Shown here one piece after another: positions 1 through 8,366 of a stretch of 64,000 nt of DNA. This stretch comes from an uncultured Candidatus Poseidoniales archaeon (GTDB lineage Archaea > Thermoplasmatota > Poseidoniia > Poseidoniales > Poseidoniaceae): positions 26,004 through 90,003 of the forward strand of contig CACODE010000001.1 of NCBI GenBank assembly GCA_902625885.1, written 5' to 3'. Numbering within the stretch: position 1 is the stretch's first letter; each line of letters opens with the position of its first letter. The position numbers were made by a program, and so were the translations under genes. The notes under the pieces are model-generated. The model was not told the origin of the DNA. It made no database searches and saw only the letters and a program-made list of their open reading frames with translations.

Positions 1-1
1 A

Positions 2-2503
2 CCGTTTGACAACGCTAACCACACCGAGACATTGCGACAGCCCATTCTCGTTGAGGAAGACTCATCCCGCAACGGCCTCAGTCTCACCACAGAAGTGAGC
101 GTTGAAGTCACCATGCAACTGATGGAAGCGGTGACCGATGCAGCGCTCAGCGACATGACGGTTACGGCTGTGAGCCACGACGGTTTCGGCAACATCACCT
201 TTGACCGGACGGACGCAGACGGCAACTCAACAGAACTGATCATGCCCGGAAACTGGAGTTTCTACTTCAACCGTACCATCGGGACGAAGTCGTGGTTCAT
301 GGACACCAGCGAATCACCGTTTACCACCGATGATGCGGACGAAAACAACGTGCTCGTTCTTGATCCCGTTTACGCCGCTTTGGAGGTCGAAATCGGCGGT
401 AAGGTCTACTGGGACCTGGACAACAACAGCGTTCCGGGTCTGGGCGAGGGTCTCCCCGAAATGAACATCACCATTATTGGCAGCAACAACACCGAGGTCA
501 ACACGACCGTGGTCACCGATGAAGACGGTGTCTGGCGGCTCTTTGTGCCCATCCGCGATGTCTACAACGTCACCGTTGAGAAAGAAGGATTTGAGACGGT
601 TTACTACGCCACTGAAAATCAATCAGGCTACACCGTACGGGACAGCCCCGATTCAACCGACATTGAAGTCACCGCAGGCTTCGTTGAGGTTTCTGGAACC
701 GTCACCGACCAACTTGATGCCGCACGTCTCGTTGATGCGCACATCATGCTCTACCCAATCGCTGGCGTGGAAAGGGATGCCGTACAGGTCTCGGGAACCA
801 TGAACGGTTCCACCCTCGAGTGGACCTCCAGCATACAACCCGGTGACTGGGTGGTCGTTGTCACACAGAACAACCCCGGTCCAAACGGAGGTGGTGTGGC
901 CATCGGTATGCTTGATGCTACCGTTGCCAACGGCGGCAACATCACCCAAGTGATGTCGCTTGGCGGCTACGTTGATCTGTCCACAGCATGGACCGATATC
1001 GGGCAGGAGGACCACCACGCTGGTTCAGATGCTGCCGGTGCGTCCATGGTTCAGGAACCGGTTGAGTTGGAAGTCACCTTCGACGGCATGTCGTGGATGA
1101 TGGCCGTGCCTGCTTCTGGCGAACTTCGTGAGCTCTTCCCTGAAGGCAGCGTGTCCTTCGATGCTGAGTTCATGACCGTTCAGCACGCTAACGAACTTGA
1201 GATGGAGTATTACGGCGGTCAGACCACGACGGTCAACGCCGATTCAACCATCGCCGCCACGTTACAGTTCAACCGAAGGGTGAATTCAGCGCTTGACATA
1301 TCGTTCGCTTCGGCGACCAACTCAACGACTGAAAACGCAGCCGATGAAATATCGGCCATCGTTTCCACGGTCAACGAGTCTGCGTACCAGACGATTGACG
1401 CCACCTTTGAGGTCAACTACAACGGCACGGAAATCATGGACGTGTTCAGCGTTGCAGGCGAGATGGGTCTCGCTCAGGATTCCGACCTTTGGGATGTGTC
1501 CTTCTGGGATGAGGAGTCTGGTGAGTACCAGAGCACGATTAACGTCAGCCTTGGCATTGGCGACGACGATGTCGAAGCAAAGCTGGCAACAAACGTCACT
1601 GTCCGCATACAACTCCCCGATGTGGCAGAAGCTTGGTCCCTTGAGAACGGTCACCGCATGACCATGCGTTTAACGACCGATCTTGGCGAATCTTCTCAGG
1701 CATCGGTGAAGGTCTTCGTGCCGCAAACGTACGGGTTCTCCATCTCTTCGGCCACCGAAGAACTGGGTATGGCTGCCAACGTTGAGCGAACGTTCTCGTT
1801 TGATATCACCAACGACGGCAACGGTCAGGACACGTTCACCATCAAGATGCTCGAAAGCGGTGTGCCAGCCGATTGGTCGGTCACACCGATGACGTCCACG
1901 CTAACGCTGAGCAAGGGTGAAACCAGAACCCAACAGTTCACCGTGTTTGCACCGGCCACCTACGACGACAACGATGAGGAATTTGAGTTGACGATTTACG
2001 TCAACAGCGAAGATGAAACATTGGAGCAAGAAGAAGTCGAGGTAAGCATCCAGAAAGCCACCGTGAAACTGAAACTTAACCAAGCCGACATTGCCACGGC
2101 ATCCGACCTCATTGCGCAAAAGGCAGGGGCTGTTCGCATACCCATTGAGAACACGGGTTTGCTCGATGCGCCGTCCGTCATCGTGCACCTCACTCCGCCC
2201 AACGGTGAGGAGCGCTCGCAAACGATCAGCGTACCAGCCGGCGAAACCCGCATGGCTGTCTTTGAGAACCTGACCTTCCCACAAGGGCCTCAGCGGTTTG
2301 ACTACCGTATCGAAGTGGCTGGAGCAGAAGGCGAGAGCGTCGAGTCGATTCCCGATCCGGACGACTTCAGTTTGGAGTACAACGTTGAATCAACCGCCGA
2401 TGGGGAATCGCCGTGGATGAACCTCCTGATTGCGGTCATCGCCATCATGGTTGTCTACGGTGGCGTTCGTACCAGCCGTAGCCGCTCGAGCAACAAGTTC
2501 TGA
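2..2503 (+). CDS. Large membrane-anchored surface protein with Ig-like / carboxypeptidase-regulatory-like domains (5'-partial)
   Basis: The frame is open from the window edge. Acidic, beta-rich sequence with an SdrD-B-like segment (GGKVYWDLDNN...TVVTDEDGVW), COG1470-like repeats (FDITNDGNGQDTF...PADWSV), and a C-terminal TM helix followed by a basic tail (RTSRSRSSNKF). Confidence 0.75.
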   Translation, partial: PFDNANHTETLRQPILVEEDSSRNGLSLTTEVSVEVTMQLMEAVTDAALSDMTVTAVSHDGFGNITFDRTDADGNSTELIMPGNWSFYFNRTIGTKSWFMDTSESPFTTDDADENNVLVLDPVYAALEVEIGGKVYWDLDNNSVPGLGEGLPEMNITIIGSNNTEVNTTVVTDEDGVWRLFVPIRDVYNVTVEKEGFETVYYATENQSGYTVRDSPDSTDIEVTAGFVEVSGTVTDQLDAARLVDAHIMLYPIAGVERDAVQVSGTMNGSTLEWTSSIQPGDWVVVVTQNNPGPNGGGVAIGMLDATVANGGNITQVMSLGGYVDLSTAWTDIGQEDHHAGSDAAGASMVQEPVELEVTFDGMSWMMAVPASGELRELFPEGSVSFDAEFMTVQHANELEMEYYGGQTTTVNADSTIAATLQFNRRVNSALDISFASATNSTTENAADEISAIVSTVNESAYQTIDATFEVNYNGTEIMDVFSVAGEMGLAQDSDLWDVSFWDEESGEYQSTINVSLGIGDDDVEAKLATNVTVRIQLPDVAEAWSLENGHRMTMRLTTDLGESSQASVKVFVPQTYGFSISSATEELGMAANVERTFSFDITNDGNGQDTFTIKMLESGVPADWSVTPMTSTLTLSKGETRTQQFTVFAPATYDDNDEEFELTIYVNSEDETLEQEEVEVSIQKATVKLKLNQADIATASDLIAQKAGAVRIPIENTGLLDAPSVIVHLTPPNGEERSQTISVPAGETRMAVFENLTFPQGPQRFDYRIEVAGAEGESVESIPDPDDFSLEYNVESTADGESPWMNLLIAVIAIMVVYGGVRTSRSRSSNKF

Positions 2504-2567
2504 TGTTCAGTTTTGGCTGAATTTTCAAACAAGGGTTCATGAGGGCTTTCCCCGGATAGCGCAAGCC

Positions 2568-3776
2568 ATGGAGGGGTTAAGGGGCGTTGAGTACCTGCCA
2601 GAACCTTCCGACCGAAGGATTGTTTCGGCTGTCGACCCAACCGTGGTTGGTCACGAAAACGATTGGCGGTCGGAAACCATGGGCTGGGCACCGCTCTCGG
2701 TGGAACCCGTCCACCACTACAAACCTCAGCGATGGTCCATATCTGGCGTAGTGGCCTTTGCGTTACTCGTATCCTTGAGTTTGCTCATGTGGCAAAACCA
2801 GTGGCTTGTGGTTGAATTACCTGCGCCCAAATCCGAATGGGCCTTTGATGCATCGGGCATCAGGGACGTGCAGGAATCCGGGCTGAGCGGAGAAGGCGTG
2901 CGCGTCTGCATGGTTGACACAGGCGTTGACGGTTCTCACGAGGCGTTTGAGGGCGTGGAGATCGTCTTCAAAGATTTGATCGGGGCATCGCAAGAACCCG
3001 TTGACTACGGTTCGGTGGCTCATGGCACGCTGATGGCCGGTTTGCTCCTGTCCCAAGACACCGACCAAAGGGGGTCGGCACCCGATGTGTCGTTTGCCAT
3101 GGTCGCAGCCCTCCAAGACAACGGCGATGGGGAAAACGAGGGCAAGGACACCGACGTCGCTGATGCCATTCGTTGGTGCCAGTTTGATTTCCAAGCCGAC
3201 ATCATCTCGTTGTCCTTGGGTGGAAGCCAAGACACCAACGGGACGGAAGGCGACTCGTCATCAGCCACAAGACAGGCCACGGACGCAGGCATCTACGTCG
3301 TTGCGGCGGCCGGTAACGACGGTCTGGATGATGACGGCGATGTCGCATCGCCAGGCAGCGTTGATCTCGCCATATCCGTCGGGGCCACAACCCAGGGCGG
3401 CTCGGTTTGGCAAAACTCCTCGGTAGGGGCATCTTACGACAGGGAGGGGTTTCCTCGACAACATCCCAACATGAAACCCGAGGTTGTGGCTCCTGGTGAA
3501 CGCATCATCAGCACGGGTCAGGACAATCTGTGGTACTCGAGCAGCGGGACGTCCGATGCTACGGTGTTTGTGACCGGCGCTCTTGCGTTGATTCTCCAGG
3601 AAAACCCTCGGTTGAAAGCGCAGGCAAACGACGATTCTGCCTGCCTCGTAAAAGTGAAGCAAGCCCTCGTGAATTCAATGGCGGAAACGGCCGAAGGACA
3701 CGACACTCGTACGGGATACGGTCAGCTCGATGCAGCCGCATGGCTCAACGAAAGCCAGCAGATTGGCTCCTGTTAG
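2568..3776 (+). CDS. Subtilisin-like S8 serine peptidase, N-terminally membrane anchored
   Basis: Catalytic motifs VCMVDTG (Asp), HGTLMAG (His), AAAGND (oxyanion Asn) and SGTSDAT (Ser); KPEVVAPG; TM helix near the N-terminus. Start moved to the ATG at 2568. Confidence 0.88.
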   Translation: MEGLRGVEYLPEPSDRRIVSAVDPTVVGHENDWRSETMGWAPLSVEPVHHYKPQRWSISGVVAFALLVSLSLLMWQNQWLVVELPAPKSEWAFDASGIRDVQESGLSGEGVRVCMVDTGVDGSHEAFEGVEIVFKDLIGASQEPVDYGSVAHGTLMAGLLLSQDTDQRGSAPDVSFAMVAALQDNGDGENEGKDTDVADAIRWCQFDFQADIISLSLGGSQDTNGTEGDSSSATRQATDAGIYVVAAAGNDGLDDDGDVASPGSVDLAISVGATTQGGSVWQNSSVGASYDREGFPRQHPNMKPEVVAPGERIISTGQDNLWYSSSGTSDATVFVTGALALILQENPRLKAQANDDSACLVKVKQALVNSMAETAEGHDTRTGYGQLDAAAWLNESQQIGSC

Positions 3777-3975
3777 AGACGTTTTTGTGAAATTTTCGTG
3801 AGCATTTAGCCGTTCATTGGCGAATTCTTTCACCTTTCTTGCAGTTTTTCAGAATTTTGGGGCCTGAATTCGGCAAATATATTGATATTTTCGTCCTGTT
3901 TTGATATTCTTATGGCGGCAGATGAGGCGCAGTATTATATTCGTGGGGTTCATGGACATAACAGGTGAATCTTTG

Positions 3976-6900
3976 ATGGAACGAAAGAATCAAGCAAAAT
4001 CGGTATCGCTGGTGCTGCTCTACATGCTGTCGCTTAGTTTGGCGATGGTGAGCGTGCCCTCTGCAATGGCCGTCAACGAGACAACTCAAGGCACGGTCAG
4101 CGGTACAGAGACGTGGTCTGGAACTATGAATCTGCAAGGGGACGTCACGGTCGCTGAGGGTGCCAAACTCATTGTTAATGCGGGCACGACCGTCAACATA
4201 CCGTTTGGAAAATTCATTGACGTCCGTGGCGCCATCTGCATCGGCGATACCGCATGCGGTGCAAGCGCAGGTTCTGCTTCTTCCCAGGCCAGATTCATCT
4301 GGTCGCTTCCTACCGACTACACCAAGGAAGGGCGCTGTGCCGCCGCCTTTGCGGACACCAATCTGGCGGTGAGTTCGGACGCAGCTTGCGGTTCAGGAAT
4401 GGTGATTCGCTCAACGATTGATCAAGCCATCACGTCGATCAATTACGCCCACTTTGAGAACGCCTACGGCTACCCGATTTACGTGGCGTCTCAGCAAAAC
4501 CTGCAGTACGGTGCGTTGATCTTTGACGGGTCAACGACAACCGCCACAGGGCTGACCTTCACCGACATCAACACCTCAAACGTTTTGGCCATTGATTTGG
4601 CTGCGCCGTTGCTTACGGATTCCACGTTTGAGCTTGGCGTGGACGGCCGGGGCTACAACGCAGCCGCCATTCGGGCTTACGATGCAGGTGCAGGTATCCT
4701 CTCCACCCTGCGAATCAGGAATTCTGAATTCACCGGAAACGATGCCGATTGCGGGCAACAGGGGGGTGGCCTTGGGGTTATTTCCATTGACAACTCCTAC
4801 GTGGACATGGACAACATCGACATCAGGGACAACAGCTACGGGATGTTTTTGAAATCCAGTTCTGGCAGTTTGACGAACTCCGAAATCAACGTGAAGTGTA
4901 ACGCCGTTGATACAAACTCTCTGAAAAAGACCGGCGATTTCGAGCACACCCTTGAGGTGAACAACAACATCATCACCACCTCAGAAGGCACTGGACTGAC
5001 AGCCTACGACGGTGCGAAAGTCTACGCTGAAAGAAACACCATATCCGGTGGTTCGGAAGGCGGCGGTGGTTCGGGTGTCGGTATCCGAAGTTCGGTTGTG
5101 GAACTCCACGAGAACACCATCGGACCTATAGGCGTGTGGAACGGCTTGTGGATTTACGGCACCTCCGATGTCATCGCTGAAAACAACACGATTCAGGACA
5201 CGGGCAAAGAACCCGTTCTCGTCGGTGAGTACCACTACCAAGACCAAGGCTGGCAAGTTCCTGCTCCAACGGCCGCCCGCATTTACCTGGCCAACAACGT
5301 CATCTCCAACGTGTCGGGCACCTGCAACTCTCAGATGTACGGCGGCGATTTCCAGTGCCCAGCCATCCACATCTTCCGATCGTCAGCGACCGTCGTTGAC
5401 AACGTCATTTCCGGCAACACGGGCGACATCATCCGCGCCAAAGGTTCGCTTGTGAACGTGCAGAGAAACGTCGGCGACTCGCAAGGCGGCTTTGCAGGAA
5501 ACGTCAGTGTTCACGACGACAATTACGGCAACAAATACGGCTCCATCGCCTACTTCTCAGGCAACACTTGGAGCAACGTCTCTCAAGTCTACAACGTGAC
5601 CGAATCAAGGGTGACCGTGCAATCCGAGCAAATCCCATCGCCGGGCTACGGTGAACTCTACCCGGTGAACATTGCATGGCTGGGCGCCGAATGTCCCTTT
5701 GTTCAGGACGAGTGTCTGCAACTGCCGGGGACCACCGTGCTCCCACCAAGAGACATGCCCCTCGCTTTGGAACTGGTCGAAAACGCCACCGTGTTTTCCT
5801 ATGCGGACCTGCAAAATTTCGACTCCTCGATGATTCACGTGCAGAATCAGAACACAGCGTGGGGTTCTCAGGTTCGAGAGGGTGAACTGGTCCGCTATCA
5901 GGTGAAAGCCAAGAATTCCAATGTTGAAGGCGCCACGGTCATCATCAAAGATTCCACTGGCTTGCCTCTCTACGAACTCCAGACGGATGCTTTCGGCTTC
6001 ACACCTCAAGTCTCGCTGCCTTCCGATTTCTTGCTTGACCGAAACTGGAACCACATTGTTGGTGACAAAAATGCAGCCATACCAGGCACCAACGACGGTA
6101 CTGGACAACCCATCACCGTCGATGAGGACTCGTGCGCTGACGGTATCGACAACGACGGGGACACGTACGTGGACGACGACGACGCGGACTGCACCAACGG
6201 CAGAGAGCGCCCGTTCTATTCTGTTGAGGCTTTCAAATTCGGAAGCGGTCGCGATGAACTTTCCTATGTCCTCACCGGGGCCGTTGACGATGTTATCAAC
6301 CTGGAGAACCTACGACCGAGCGTCTCTGTTAACGAGCCCGATGGCTACTCGTATGCGAGAACGGTTCGCATCACCGGTCAGGCTTGGGACGGAGCAAAAT
6401 GGCCGTACGCCAACGACAACACCGCTCAGCAAGCCCAGTTCGGACTTGTCAAGCGTGTAGAAATCCAACCACCCGGTTCAACCGACTGGTTCTACGCATC
6501 CGATGTTTCGGGAGCGAACGGAGCCATCACCATGCAGACCCATCCGTTCAAGGATTGGGTGTACGAGTGGGACGGTTCCGCGCACCCCGAGGGTGAAGGC
6601 GACATCACGTTCAGAATTCGCTCCTTTGACGGTTTGGATTATTCGCCCATAGAGGTGCGACAATACAAACTGAACCTGGTCGCACCAACATTGCTCGTGG
6701 ATGTCCCGACCGAAGGAAGCGTTCACACGACCGGTCGCGTGCTTTTCCAAGGAACGGCTTCGGACCCGTATCAGGGCACCTACGGCAGTGACGTGAAGCA
6801 GATCTGGTTCAATATTCAGGGACCTGGAACGACCCAGCAATTCTTCCAACAAGGCTCAACCAGCTGGTCCTACGAGTGGCTCGTTTCTGAATTGCCAACC

Positions 6901-8349
6901 GGAGACTACACCATCAAGGTCTGGGCCGCTGACAGTGACTTTTGCATCGAAGAACCGGTTGTCGAGGACGGCTGTGTGGTCGAGACGCGTACCATCACCA
7001 TCAACAACGACAACATTCCGCCAAACTTGCAACTTTCGTGGATAGGAGCTGAGGATCAATCCACCGGTGGCATCGATGGTGATACCATCAGGGCATCAAA
7101 GGAGACGAAAATCTTCGGCGTCGCCCGAGACATCGGTGGGTTTGTAACCCGGGTTGAGATTGAGATTACCGATTTGGCGAACGGTCTGGTGTTAAACGAT
7201 GGTCCGCTCCCGGTCACGAACCTTGCTCAAGATGGCTCATGGGTGGCCAACTGGGACACTTCAAAATTGATTCATGACAGCGTTTACTCCGTCGCCGTAC
7301 GAGCGTATGACGGTGATGACTATTCCGACACCATCACGTGGAGAATGACCATCAACAACCCACTCGATGCGGACAACATTGACCCCGTGTTTAACGAAAC
7401 GGGTTGGGTCGGCACGTGGACCATCTTCTGTGATGAACAATCGACCAACTTCGACCGCTGTGGCGGTGGTGTTTCGTTTGACCTAGCGGAATTCTTTGAA
7501 GACCCGGACGGCACGGGCGTTCCAGGAAACGACTTGGAATTCTATGTCTACGACGACGAGGCCACCATTGAAGACGACTTCTACGGGGACTTCATCACCA
7601 TCACGCCGCTTGGCGTCCTTACCTACGACCCAATGACGTACATGGCCCAAACAACCAGCAGCATTCCTGACTGGTCGCTCAACGGCGTCGTGCTCTATGC
7701 CCAAGACGATCAAGAATCCAAGGCGTACTCATTGAAGGTCAACTTCCTCGTTAGGGCGGTCTCCTTCTCCGTGGAGCGAGCCGATTCAGGTCCTATCACG
7801 GCCGACGACCCAGCGGAATTCCAAGGCGAAGGTCTACCTGGAAGCTTGGTCATCGCTCGATACGCAGACGGCAACGCCAAACTCAACTCCACGCGAGTTC
7901 TCGCCGACGGCTCATGGAGCATGCAGATCACCGCCAATCAGATGGTGGGTTCCGATGGCTCGAAGGACGTCATCTTCGAGATGGACGGGCAAGTGTATTC
8001 CTTTGCAGGAGAGACCGGGGACGCCACATTCTCATTGTCGGTCTCGAGCGGTGATGAAGGCGGTTTCAACATGGTGATTGTTCTCATTGTTCTTGGCGTC
8101 ATTGCCTTGCTGGCAGCAGGAGCGTTCTTCTTCATTGAATTCGAAGAGGTTCCGGACGAAGACGAGTTGACCAGCGACGATACCGAGCCTGAGGAAGACC
8201 CTTACGCTTGGGCGAAGGCTCGAGAAGCCGCCGCTGCACCTGAACCAACACCCGCCCCAGCCGCTTCTCAGCATCCGGGATGGTTGTGGGACCAGGCCAG
8301 CAACCAATGGGTTCCTGATCCGGATTACCAGCAACCACCGCAGCAGTGA
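3976..8349 (+). CDS. Giant secreted/membrane-anchored protein with parallel beta-helix repeats and Ig-like domains
   Basis: Signal peptide (..VPSAMA); PbH1-like repeats (NNIIT, ERNTIS, ENNTIQ, NNVIS); bacterial Ig-like repeats (GTASD..V..VE..W.Y.W); C-terminal TM plus acidic and Trp-rich tail; GGTGA Shine-Dalgarno before ATG 3976. Confidence 0.8.
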   Translation: MERKNQAKSVSLVLLYMLSLSLAMVSVPSAMAVNETTQGTVSGTETWSGTMNLQGDVTVAEGAKLIVNAGTTVNIPFGKFIDVRGAICIGDTACGASAGSASSQARFIWSLPTDYTKEGRCAAAFADTNLAVSSDAACGSGMVIRSTIDQAITSINYAHFENAYGYPIYVASQQNLQYGALIFDGSTTTATGLTFTDINTSNVLAIDLAAPLLTDSTFELGVDGRGYNAAAIRAYDAGAGILSTLRIRNSEFTGNDADCGQQGGGLGVISIDNSYVDMDNIDIRDNSYGMFLKSSSGSLTNSEINVKCNAVDTNSLKKTGDFEHTLEVNNNIITTSEGTGLTAYDGAKVYAERNTISGGSEGGGGSGVGIRSSVVELHENTIGPIGVWNGLWIYGTSDVIAENNTIQDTGKEPVLVGEYHYQDQGWQVPAPTAARIYLANNVISNVSGTCNSQMYGGDFQCPAIHIFRSSATVVDNVISGNTGDIIRAKGSLVNVQRNVGDSQGGFAGNVSVHDDNYGNKYGSIAYFSGNTWSNVSQVYNVTESRVTVQSEQIPSPGYGELYPVNIAWLGAECPFVQDECLQLPGTTVLPPRDMPLALELVENATVFSYADLQNFDSSMIHVQNQNTAWGSQVREGELVRYQVKAKNSNVEGATVIIKDSTGLPLYELQTDAFGFTPQVSLPSDFLLDRNWNHIVGDKNAAIPGTNDGTGQPITVDEDSCADGIDNDGDTYVDDDDADCTNGRERPFYSVEAFKFGSGRDELSYVLTGAVDDVINLENLRPSVSVNEPDGYSYARTVRITGQAWDGAKWPYANDNTAQQAQFGLVKRVEIQPPGSTDWFYASDVSGANGAITMQTHPFKDWVYEWDGSAHPEGEGDITFRIRSFDGLDYSPIEVRQYKLNLVAPTLLVDVPTEGSVHTTGRVLFQGTASDPYQGTYGSDVKQIWFNIQGPGTTQQFFQQGSTSWSYEWLVSELPTGDYTIKVWAADSDFCIEEPVVEDGCVVETRTITINNDNIPPNLQLSWIGAEDQSTGGIDGDTIRASKETKIFGVARDIGGFVTRVEIEITDLANGLVLNDGPLPVTNLAQDGSWVANWDTSKLIHDSVYSVAVRAYDGDDYSDTITWRMTINNPLDADNIDPVFNETGWVGTWTIFCDEQSTNFDRCGGGVSFDLAEFFEDPDGTGVPGNDLEFYVYDDEATIEDDFYGDFITITPLGVLTYDPMTYMAQTTSSIPDWSLNGVVLYAQDDQESKAYSLKVNFLVRAVSFSVERADSGPITADDPAEFQGEGLPGSLVIARYADGNAKLNSTRVLADGSWSMQITANQMVGSDGSKDVIFEMDGQVYSFAGETGDATFSLSVSSGDEGGFNMVIVLIVLGVIALLAAGAFFFIEFEEVPDEDELTSDDTEPEEDPYAWAKAREAAAAPEPTPAPAASQHPGWLWDQASNQWVPDPDYQQPPQQ

Positions 8350-8366
8350 TGTTGGGAGGCATTGAC

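Noticed and set aside
2..2503. Possibly the C-terminal extension of an AglB/STT3 oligosaccharyltransferase
   Set aside because: Plausible for this lineage, but the diagnostic WWDxG region would lie outside the window and cannot be seen.
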